Of a stretch of DNA of 20,117 nt, positions 8,676 to 15,276 are shown in pieces. Below the pieces are notes generated by a model that did no database searches, was not told where the DNA came from, and saw nothing but the letters and a program-made list of their open reading frames with translations. The translations under genes were made by a program, and so were the position numbers. The first letter of the stretch is position 1. Each line of letters starts with the position of its first letter. Origin of the DNA: an uncultured archaeon (GTDB taxonomy: Archaea > Iainarchaeota > Iainarchaeia > Iainarchaeales > DTGL01); NCBI GenBank assembly GCA_964551725.1, contig CAZKED010000023.1, forward strand, positions 1 through 20,117. The letters are read 5' to 3'.

Positions 8676-8712
8676 CCTTAAATAAGTAAAATAAGTGGAA
8701 GTTTATTTAAGG
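8676..8712. promoter_or_regulatory. promoter/operator of the RHH-MazF operon
   Basis: Perfect 10-bp inverted repeat CCTTAAATAA (8676-8685) / TTATTTAAGG (8703-8712) overlapping the TATA box and RBS, plus a direct repeat AAATAAGT at 8680 and 8689. Confidence 0.6.
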
Positions 8713-8759
8713 CTTTCTGCTCCCCGGCCTAATTGCGCAATCCCGCCTCCCGGATTTGC
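8704..8759. repeat. 2nd copy of the tRNA-Tyr 3'-end/trailer unit (att-like direct repeat)
   Basis: 8741-8759 TCCCGCCTCCCGGATTTGC is identical (19/19) to 9346-9364, which is tRNA G55 to the discriminator. Similarity extends to the TATA box, about 47 of 59 columns by hand versus 9310-9364. Confidence 0.92.
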
Positions 8760-9028
8760 TATTTTCGGTAGATTCTGTCATGGTGGTCGTAATCCCATAA
8801 CTCGACAATTTTTTCTTTTTCGTGAATCTCGTACACTAATACAAACGATTTGTATATGTGTACTCTTCGCTTGTTCTTCATTAATGCGCTCAGTGGCTTG
8901 AATCTGTATGGGTCTTCGAGAATTTGTTTTACTTTCTTCCAAATTGCTTTGAGCTGTTCTGGGTCTTTTTTTGCCAGTTTCGCAAATACTTTGTCCAAGT
9001 GTTTCTTTCTTTTCAATTCGTAAGCCAA
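8759..9028 (-). CDS. RelE/ParE superfamily (RelE/StbE-like) mRNA interferase toxin
   Basis: 89 aa basic protein: KKVKQILEDPYRFKPL...RRVHIYKSFVLVYEI...YDHHDRIY. TTG start; the last base of its TAG stop is the first base of the att-like repeat. Confidence 0.9.
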   Translation of the reverse strand: MAYELKRKKHLDKVFAKLAKKDPEQLKAIWKKVKQILEDPYRFKPLSALMKNKRRVHIYKSFVLVYEIHEKEKIVELWDYDHHDRIYRK

Positions 9029-9034
9029 GCGGAT

Positions 9035-9277
9035 TCATCCCTTTCCAAGTTGGCGGAAGTATTCGTCAACGTCTCTTACCTTCAAGGATTTTTCTTTTTC
9101 AATCCTTTCCAACTTTTTCAAGTATTCTGGCCTGAGCTGCATTTCCAAGATTTCATGTTCGTATTCCTCAGCCATCTTGTTCAAAGCCTGGCTCTTGTCT
9201 TTGAGGTCATACATGGCTTTCACGATATTTACCACTCTATTGGTTTTATCGTTCAATTCCACAATCGCGGTAGGCAC
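9035..9277 (-). CDS. DUF2683-family antitoxin (archaeal RelE partner)
   Basis: TNRVVNIVKAMYDLKDKSQAL...EYEHEILEMQLRPEYLKKL pattern. GTG start with GGTGAT RBS, 6 nt upstream of the toxin. Confidence 0.8.
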   Translation of the reverse strand: MPTAIVELNDKTNRVVNIVKAMYDLKDKSQALNKMAEEYEHEILEMQLRPEYLKKLERIEKEKSLKVRDVDEYFRQLGKG

Positions 9278-9284
9278 ATAATCA

Positions 9285-9318
9285 CCATATTAATATGGCA
9301 TTAATATCGTATTAAAAG
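9285..9318. promoter_or_regulatory. promoter/operator of the DUF2683-RelE operon
   Basis: Perfect 14-bp palindrome CCATATTAATATGG (9285-9298), a second ATTAATAT at 9300-9307 and a minus-strand TATA CTTTTAATA (9310-9318). Confidence 0.65.
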
Positions 9319-9345
9319 GCTTTTGCTCGGCGTGAATTTGACAAT

Positions 9346-9479
9346 TCCCGCCTCCCGGATTTGCACCGGGGATCTTCCGGTAACCGCCCACTTCCCCGCT
9401 CTGCGGAGCGGGAAGCCGGTTTGCTCCCTTAAGGGAGAAAGCCTACAGCCGGACGTATTAGCTACTATACTAAGGCGGG
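9346..9479 (-). tRNA. tRNA-Tyr(GTA) with 61-nt intron at 37/38 (intron 9382-9442)
   Basis: Cloverleaf CCCGCCT TA GTAT AGTAGCTA ATAC G TCCGG CTGTAG^A CCGGA AGATC CCCGG TGCAAAT CCGGG AGGCGGG A. C1-G72 and A73 are archaeal Tyr identity elements. Relaxed BHB with CTGT/GCGG central helix. Confidence 0.93.
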
Positions 9480-9498
9480 TTTTTTCCGTTCTGTAATA

Positions 9499-10389
9499 CT
9501 ATTCTTTCTTTGTTAGTCTTTTTAATCCTTTTTTCAGGTCCTGTTGCGCCAGCAACGGGAAAATGAACGAAATCCACAAGCCCGCAAGAAAAGAAAAGAA
9601 CGCTCTGAACAGTTCCGCGGAAAAAACTGCGCCAAGTCCGAGTGCTCCGAGCACAATTAATCCCGGTGCAAGTTTCCATTTTTCCTCAACGCGTGTTTCG
9701 ATTTTTGAGCGGTGCAACAGCACAAAGCCGATGAAAAACCCGAGGCAGAAGTACAATGCAAGTTCTGTTCTAAGCAAAAATGCCGCTATAGCGGTTACAA
9801 TAATGATGAAAATCATTGGCCATCCGTCCAAAAAGGCAAAATGCACTTTTTTCCTCTCGCTGTGCTTTCTTTCGAACAAAACAAACCTGCCGATTGCCAC
9901 ACCCAAGGCAAGCCCGACAATAACATCGCTCAAATAATGCATTCCGAGATACACTCTCGACAATGCCACGGCAATTGCCATGAGCGCAAGCGCGAAGTCT
10001 TTTTTCCTCCCCACGAAGCCCATCAAGTATGCTGACACGGAGCCGGTTACCGCAGCGTGACCGCTCGGAAAAGAATAGTGCGTGAAGCCTCCCGCGAGTT
10101 CCGCCAGTTTCCTTGAAATTTCCGAGCCGGAAATCGCAGCAGGCCTGGCTCTCCGGAAAACCGCTTTCAATGCATCGGTGGATATGGCTGCGAGAAACAT
10201 CAGGAGAACCAGGTGGAAGGCTTCCCTTTTTTTCCCTTTCCAGTAAAAATAGGTTGCAATCAAGAACCAGAAAGCCGGGTTTCCGAGCAATGTCAGCGCG
10301 TTCATTGCTAGCGTGAGCGGTTCGCTGGCAACCGATTGAATGGCCGAGAGGGCGAACTCATCGAACGCGTTTGCAAGAACCGCGGGCAT
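9499..10389 (-). CDS. PAP2 superfamily membrane phosphatase
   Basis: C1 KAVFRRARP, C2 SFPSGH and C3 SRVYLGMHYLSDV, with multiple TM helices. Confidence 0.93.
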   Translation of the reverse strand: MPAVLANAFDEFALSAIQSVASEPLTLAMNALTLLGNPAFWFLIATYFYWKGKKREAFHLVLLMFLAAISTDALKAVFRRARPAAISGSEISRKLAELAGGFTHYSFPSGHAAVTGSVSAYLMGFVGRKKDFALALMAIAVALSRVYLGMHYLSDVIVGLALGVAIGRFVLFERKHSERKKVHFAFLDGWPMIFIIIVTAIAAFLLRTELALYFCLGFFIGFVLLHRSKIETRVEEKWKLAPGLIVLGALGLGAVFSAELFRAFFSFLAGLWISFIFPLLAQQDLKKGLKRLTKKE

Positions 10390-10423
10390 GGATTAATTGT
10401 GCATTGGATGTTTAAATACCTTT

Positions 10424-10879
10424 TTATTTCCCGTGCTTTTTTGCCTTTTTCATGGCGGCTTTCACGCTCGGCGTTTCAATCTCGGAATAATTCACTTTAA
10501 GGCCGGCGGCGCCCAGCGCCTTTCTCAGGGCGAATACTCTGCAGAATTCCCCGAGTTCCTTTTTCTCCTTTTTTTGGAGTTCCGGCTTTTCGCAGATTTC
10601 CTTTATTGTCCTCCCAACTCTCGCACCGTTGGTTTTTGCAAGCGCCGCTGAAATTCCCGCTTCTCCTTTCCCGATTCCTTCAAGCTCTTCCTGCAGTACA
10701 GCCTCCAGTTTCCCGAGTTCAATTTCCCTGCGCAGGTTTTCCTCTATTTTCCTGTCGAAGGAAAAACCCAGGGAAGCAATGAATTCCATTATTGTCCGTG
10801 CATCCATTTTTTCGTCTATTTTGAGCTTTTTTACCGCTATCCAGTCCCCGTAATTCGCGACAAACTGAATCCCGTCCAT
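10424..10879 (-). CDS. archaeal conserved hypothetical protein, DUF2666-like
   Basis: The N-terminal IQFVANYGDWIAVKKLKIDE...EFIAS...RKI resembles DUF2666 as I recall it. The AGGTGA RBS sits in the end of the upstream gene and the two genes abut. Confidence 0.6.
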   Translation of the reverse strand: MDGIQFVANYGDWIAVKKLKIDEKMDARTIMEFIASLGFSFDRKIEENLRREIELGKLEAVLQEELEGIGKGEAGISAALAKTNGARVGRTIKEICEKPELQKKEKKELGEFCRVFALRKALGAAGLKVNYSEIETPSVKAAMKKAKKHGK

Positions 10880-11464
10880 TCAATCACCTTTTGCATTTTT
10901 TTTCCTTTCAATCAGTTCCATTTTTTCCCTCACTTCGTCAATGTTGACATCGGTGTTCACGCAGCCGTCCCTCAGGAGAAGAACTGCCTGCGGCGCAACG
11001 CTTGAGTTCTTGAAATTCTCAAACGCCATTTTCGCTTCGTTGTAGCAGCAGACCCCGAGCACTGCCTGGGGCTTGTACTTTTTCACCAGCTCTTTTACCA
11101 TGCTTCCCCCCGGGCAGACAAAAACGCCCTGCCAGCCGCTTTTTTCAGCCAATTCAACGAGTTTTTTTATTTTGCAGTTCCCGCATTTCTCGCACTGCAG
11201 TCCTTCGCTGTTGTATTTCGCCTTGCATTTTCTGGGGTGCCTGAGGCAGTGCGGCAAAAACAGAATTCTTTTTTCCACCGGGGTCTTCTTGTATTTCCAC
11301 TCGTACATTTTGTTTCTCAGTTCAATGTGTGTATAGTGCACCAGCCTCTCGTTCAGTCCGAGTTTTTTTGCTATTTTTTCCGTGGTGGAGGCAATGCTTA
11401 TATGAGTGCCGGAATCCAGCATTTCCGCTATGGATTCCTTTATTTTTTCCGTTGCGCTCGCCAT
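10880..11464 (-). CDS. DUF116 domain protein (Cys-rich)
   Basis: RILFLPHCLR, C-KCGNC-I, VCPGGS, VLGVCC-E and LL-DGC-NT-V. The start is taken as the ATG at 11464 (MASATEK), which avoids overlap with the upstream gene. Confidence 0.85.
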   Translation of the reverse strand: MASATEKIKESIAEMLDSGTHISIASTTEKIAKKLGLNERLVHYTHIELRNKMYEWKYKKTPVEKRILFLPHCLRHPRKCKAKYNSEGLQCEKCGNCKIKKLVELAEKSGWQGVFVCPGGSMVKELVKKYKPQAVLGVCCYNEAKMAFENFKNSSVAPQAVLLLRDGCVNTDVNIDEVREKMELIERKKNAKGD

Positions 11465-11522
11465 TTTGCTCACAACAATTGGGCACTGAAAAGCATTAAA
11501 ATAGTTCCTCGCCTTGCCTGCT

Positions 11523-12134
11523 TCAGCATTCGCTCTCAAGAGCAGATACAGCATACTTCAATTCATCGAGTACGAGTTCCTCTTCCTCGAAGGATTCAGG
11601 CATTTCCTCGAGCAATACTGCCGCTGCTTCGTTCGGATAATTTGCGATTACATAATTCGATTTTGCGGAATACTCCTTAAGGGCGAGGAGCAGTTCCTCC
11701 ATTGCCCCCGCATATGCGGCAATTTTATCCCTGTTGGCGCATTCCTCCTCAAGGGTGAAGCCGACATCCGCAAGTTCTTCCTCCGCGGCGGCGAGTTTTT
11801 TGGAGGCGAGCCCGACACCCGCGAGCATTGAATACGCTGCAGCGAGTTCCCGTGAAGCAGGGTTTTCGGCGTTTTCGCCGAATTCTTCCAGTTCACCCCC
11901 CAGCAGGGCAAGTGTTTCCCCGTCCAGCGCGTCGATTTCATCAAATGCCTCATGGAACCTTTCGGCTTTTATTCCGGCTTTCTTCCAGACAGAGGCCATT
12001 TCTGTAAATTCCGCTCCAAACGTTTTCCCAGGGACAGGAGGCTGGTTCAAAAAGTAGAATGCCGCAATGCCGGTTGCAGCAAGCACAATTACCGCAAGCA
12101 AAGCCAGTGCTTTTTTGTCCACAGCCAGCACCAT
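11523..12134 (-). CDS. membrane-anchored acidic helical hypothetical protein
   Basis: N-terminal KK plus hydrophobic anchor, then a Glu/Ala-rich helical body. GGGGGAG RBS-like element upstream. Confidence 0.75.
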   Translation of the reverse strand: MVLAVDKKALALLAVIVLAATGIAAFYFLNQPPVPGKTFGAEFTEMASVWKKAGIKAERFHEAFDEIDALDGETLALLGGELEEFGENAENPASRELAAAYSMLAGVGLASKKLAAAEEELADVGFTLEEECANRDKIAAYAGAMEELLLALKEYSAKSNYVIANYPNEAAAVLLEEMPESFEEEELVLDELKYAVSALESEC

Positions 12135-12178
12135 TAGAATTACTCCCCCGCTTATTAAAAACCTTTTCCCTTCGGAAA

Positions 12179-12323
12179 AGCCCTGGGAGGGATTCGAACC
12201 CTCGATCTGCAGATTTCTTGCGACCTTTCATCCACATTAAACATTTCTTTACGGAACTTGCCTTTCTTTTTTTAAAAGAAAGGGCGGTACAAGTCTGCTG
12301 CATTGCCGCTATGCTACCAGGGC
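12179..12323 (-). tRNA. tRNA-Thr(TGT) with 73-nt intron at 37/38 (intron 12215-12287)
   Basis: GCCCTGG TA GCAT AGCGGCA ATGC A GCAGA CTTGTA^A TCTGC AGATC GAGGG TTCGAAT CCCTC CCAGGGC T. U73 discriminator; BHB central helix CTTG/CAAG is perfect. Confidence 0.95.
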
Positions 12324-12499
12324 GTATGCCCAACGCACTACTAACTTATTCAAACAATCCTTTTTATACTTTTTTAATTTCTTTTCCTTTTCCTTCGGAA
12401 GACCATTACCTTAAGCCGGAAAAAATGCCTTGAACGCTCGCAGAAGAGAGGCGAATGCCCGCTTTCGGGATTCAAAATGGCTCTGCCTAGCAGTATTGA

Positions 12500-12546
12500 A
12501 AATAAAAAAGAAGACTCGGCCGCTTGGGCGACCGATTTTTTTCTTT
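12500..12546. terminator. hairpin terminator-like element downstream of the 4-TM gene
   Basis: Hairpin at 12516-12535 (minus strand TCGGTCGC-CCAA-GCGGCCGA) with T-rich runs following it on both strands. Confidence 0.55.
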
Positions 12547-12550
12547 CCGC

Positions 12551-12934
12551 CTATTTCTTGACTGTTCCCTTGGGTCCGCTTGCAAGCTTGTAGACTTCCA
12601 TCAGGGCAACAATCAATGCTGCTGGCGCAACGAACACTGCGATGTTGGCAACTATTAAGTGCAGTACTGTTCCTAGCAATGGGAGTATGTTGTCTATTAA
12701 CTGCAGTTTTGCGTTGCTTACCACCATCAAGGCAATTGTTGCAATAAGGAAGCCGGTGATTTCCTTGTCTCCGATGTTGAGGAATCCAACAACAAGACCC
12801 AAGACAACAAGCAATAGAGTTATCCACGGGGTCCAGGCTGCTGCTCCAGCTACACCGACCGCTCCGACCAATCCCATAAGGATTGCCACTATTACGCCGA
12901 GAATGAATGCCCAGGTGCCGATTTTTTGATCCAT
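12551..12934 (-). CDS. conserved archaeal 4-TM membrane protein of unknown function
   Basis: Four hydrophobic helices with LGLVVGFLNI-DKE-FLIA and NIAVFVAPAALIVAL, a pattern I recall from DPANN/Thermococcales hypotheticals. Strong AAGGAGG RBS and a TTTAAATA TATA upstream. Confidence 0.8.
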   Translation of the reverse strand: MDQKIGTWAFILGVIVAILMGLVGAVGVAGAAAWTPWITLLLVVLGLVVGFLNIGDKEITGFLIATIALMVVSNAKLQLIDNILPLLGTVLHLIVANIAVFVAPAALIVALMEVYKLASGPKGTVKK

Positions 12935-13094
12935 TTCAAACCTCCTTTAGAGTCGGGTAATTTGTTCTAATTATGTTTTTGCTATTTAAAAACTTTACCC
13001 TTTTTGCGCCCTTTTTTGCCGTCAAAAAGCGATAAAATGGCACTTTTTTAACCCTTTCGTGCCTGTTTTTTTACAGTAAAAAAGGTGGAAAAAA

Positions 13095-13553
13095 ATGAAA
13101 ATTTCCAAAAAAGCATTTGTGCACGAAAAAGCCTTCGTGCACGGCGATGTTGAAATTGCCGATAACTCCAGCGTCTGGCCGGGTGCGGTGATTCGGGCGG
13201 ACGAAGGATCCATCCGCATTGGAAGGAATTCAAGCATTCAGGACAACTGCGTACTGCACGGTCACTCTCTCACAATAGGCGACAGCGTTACAGTCGGTCA
13301 TGCCGCAGTCCTGCACGGCTGCAAAATAGGAAGCAATGTCCTCATAGGCATGGGCGCCATCATCCTCGACAACGCAGAAATAGGCGACTGGTGCATTATT
13401 GCAGCGGGCTCTGTTGTAAGGGAGGGGCAGAAGATTCCAGCAGGCTCGCTGGCAGCCGGCGTTCCCGCAAAGGTAAAGCGTTCCCTGACCGAAGAAGACA
13501 AGGGCAGAATAGGCTTCTCGTGCACCGCGTACACCAAGCGATTGGGGAAATAG
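13095..13553 (+). CDS. gamma-carbonic anhydrase-like hexapeptide-repeat protein (YrdA/CaiE/PaaY family)
   Basis: GDVEIADNSSVWPGAVIRAD, IQDNCVLH, TVGHAAVLHGC (three Zn-ligand His) and AGVPAK. Confidence 0.92.
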   Translation: MKISKKAFVHEKAFVHGDVEIADNSSVWPGAVIRADEGSIRIGRNSSIQDNCVLHGHSLTIGDSVTVGHAAVLHGCKIGSNVLIGMGAIILDNAEIGDWCIIAAGSVVREGQKIPAGSLAAGVPAKVKRSLTEEDKGRIGFSCTAYTKRLGK

Positions 13554-13557
13554 CAGT

Positions 13558-14214
13558 TTATGGGTGTTGTCCGGGATAGGGCGCCGGTCCGGGCTTTTTC
13601 TCTGCCAGATATCTCTCATATTCCGTTTCTTCCAGTGCATCTATTGTCTCTGTCAGCTCCCTGACCACTCGCCAGTCTCCGCCGTTGGACCTTGCTTCCT
13701 CTGCTTCTAGGGCTTCCTTGAGCCTGTAGACGATGAGCTTGTTTCCCAGTGTTCTCAGCCCTTTCACTGCCCCCACCCTTGGCTCTCCTTTGGGGTCTTT
13801 TTCAAGGACGCTGAAAAGCAGTCTCTCGGCTTGAACCTTTCTCTCTTCAGTGTTGGCAAGCTCTGTAACGGAATAAACGAGCCAATTCCTCGCCGTAGTG
13901 GATCTTTCAACAGGTCTGCCTTTTCTGTCATAAGCAAGCCGCTTTGCCACGGAACCAAAGAGTCTTTCCAGTGCCGCCCTTCCAATCGCCCATGCGGCTT
14001 TCTCCCTGTACCTCGGGTCTTTAGAAAAAAGCATTCTTTTGACTGTTTTCGGGTCGGCTTTCACCTCAGCGCGCGCTGATTCAAAAGATTTCGGGCTTCC
14101 CATTCTCCGGATAGCTTCAAACATTGCGCTGTTTTTTGCCTTCCTCTTCCTCCAGAACCCTATTCTGGGAAAAGCGCTGCCTATTGCCCGCAAACGTGCA
14201 ACTCTAACAGCCAT
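13558..14214 (-). CDS. HEAT-repeat-like hypothetical protein with basic N-terminus
   Basis: HEAT-like units DPRYREKAAWAIG and DPKGEPRVGAVKGL. TTTAAATA TATA 21-28 nt upstream of the ATG (leaderless). Confidence 0.7.
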   Translation of the reverse strand: MAVRVARLRAIGSAFPRIGFWRKRKAKNSAMFEAIRRMGSPKSFESARAEVKADPKTVKRMLFSKDPRYREKAAWAIGRAALERLFGSVAKRLAYDRKGRPVERSTTARNWLVYSVTELANTEERKVQAERLLFSVLEKDPKGEPRVGAVKGLRTLGNKLIVYRLKEALEAEEARSNGGDWRVVRELTETIDALEETEYERYLAEKKPGPAPYPGQHP

Positions 14215-14237
14215 ATTAATATTAGCGCCTACAGTAT

Positions 14238-15239
14238 TTAAATTCCTGACTTGGGAAAAATTTCCGAAATGGCCTCCCTTACCGCGCGCATTTCTTCCGC
14301 GTTTCCAATGGTAATCCTCACGAACGCATTGCTCAACCCGAGAGTGCTTATTCCGTTTCCCTGCAGCACAAGGATGCCTCGCTTCTCCAAACGCTTCACA
14401 AAAGCACCCGCCTCTTCCACCGAGGGAAATTTAATCACCGCATTGTTGTTTTCCGTGTGGAACACGTTGAAGCCACGCTCTTCCAGCCAGCCCTCGAATT
14501 TTTTCCTTTCCTTCGCGGTCCTCTCCGCCTTTTTCTTAAAGTGCTTTTTGTGCTTCAGTCCCAGCAAGGCAGCCTGCACGGAAAGCGCGGAAACATTGAA
14601 ACAAAGCGCTTTCCCCTTTATTCTCCTGAGCAGTTTTTTTCCCGCGATTATGTAACCGATGCGCATTCCCGCAAGGGAGAATACCTTTGAGAAAGAGCCG
14701 AAAACAAGCAGGTTCCCATGCTTCCGCACCAACGGAGCCAAACTTTTTCTTTTGCGTGAGAACCATAAATGCGTTTCATCCACCGCCACGACCCCACCCG
14801 AATTATGTATAAGTTCTTCTGTTTTTTTCCTTTCAGTGCAGCCGAAGGGGTTGCTGGGATTGGCCAGAAAAATGAGCGTTGCTTTTTTCGCTTTGCTCTC
14901 CCTTGGGTCAATGCTGTATTCCTTTCCGTGCAAAGCATTCGCCCTTTCCACAGCAAAGCCGTTCCTTTTCGGGGCAAGTGCGTATTCCAGGTAGGAGGGC
15001 GTGAACACAAGCGTTTTTTTTCCGAACGCCCTTGCAATTAAATCAATTGCTTCGTCCGCTCCGTTAGCGAGCAGCACGTTGTCGCGGTGCACGTGGAATT
15101 CTCCGGCAATTGCCTTTTCCAGTTCATGGTAGTTGCGAGGCAGCCTGTGCACTTTTCCCAAGAATTCGCACAATTCTTTTTGCACGAATTTGGGCAAAGG
15201 GTAAGCGGGCTCCGCGAGGTTGAGCATTATTTTTTTCAT
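14238..15239 (-). CDS. PLP-dependent class I/II aminotransferase, HisC/CobD-like
   Basis: NGADEAIDL, ANPSNPFG, VDETH, SFSKVFSLAGMRIGY (PLP Lys) and VRITIG. The start is the ATG at 15239 or 15248; substrate uncertain. Confidence 0.88.
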   Translation of the reverse strand: MKKIMLNLAEPAYPLPKFVQKELCEFLGKVHRLPRNYHELEKAIAGEFHVHRDNVLLANGADEAIDLIARAFGKKTLVFTPSYLEYALAPKRNGFAVERANALHGKEYSIDPRESKAKKATLIFLANPSNPFGCTERKKTEELIHNSGGVVAVDETHLWFSRKRKSLAPLVRKHGNLLVFGSFSKVFSLAGMRIGYIIAGKKLLRRIKGKALCFNVSALSVQAALLGLKHKKHFKKKAERTAKERKKFEGWLEERGFNVFHTENNNAVIKFPSVEEAGAFVKRLEKRGILVLQGNGISTLGLSNAFVRITIGNAEEMRAVREAISEIFPKSGI

Positions 15240-15276
15240 AGAAAGCATTTAAATTGCAAAGTTGTTTAATTATATC

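Noticed and set aside
7158-9364. Repeats interpreted as a CRISPR array or classical integron attC sites
   Set aside because: Spacing is 600-800 bp with whole genes between copies, the repeat is tRNA-derived, and I see no cas or intI gene and no attC-type R''/R' palindrome.
12215-12287. Intron-encoded box C/D RNA in tRNA-Thr (GGATGA seen)
   Set aside because: There is no downstream D box or complete box set within the intron. The Tyr and Glu introns also lack one.
13581-13597. GCGCCGGTCCGGGCTTT resembling the tRNA-Glu 3' end (possible att bounding 13.6-15.9 kb)
   Set aside because: It is short, GC-rich, gapped (14/17) and inside a coding 3' end, with no other support for an island boundary.
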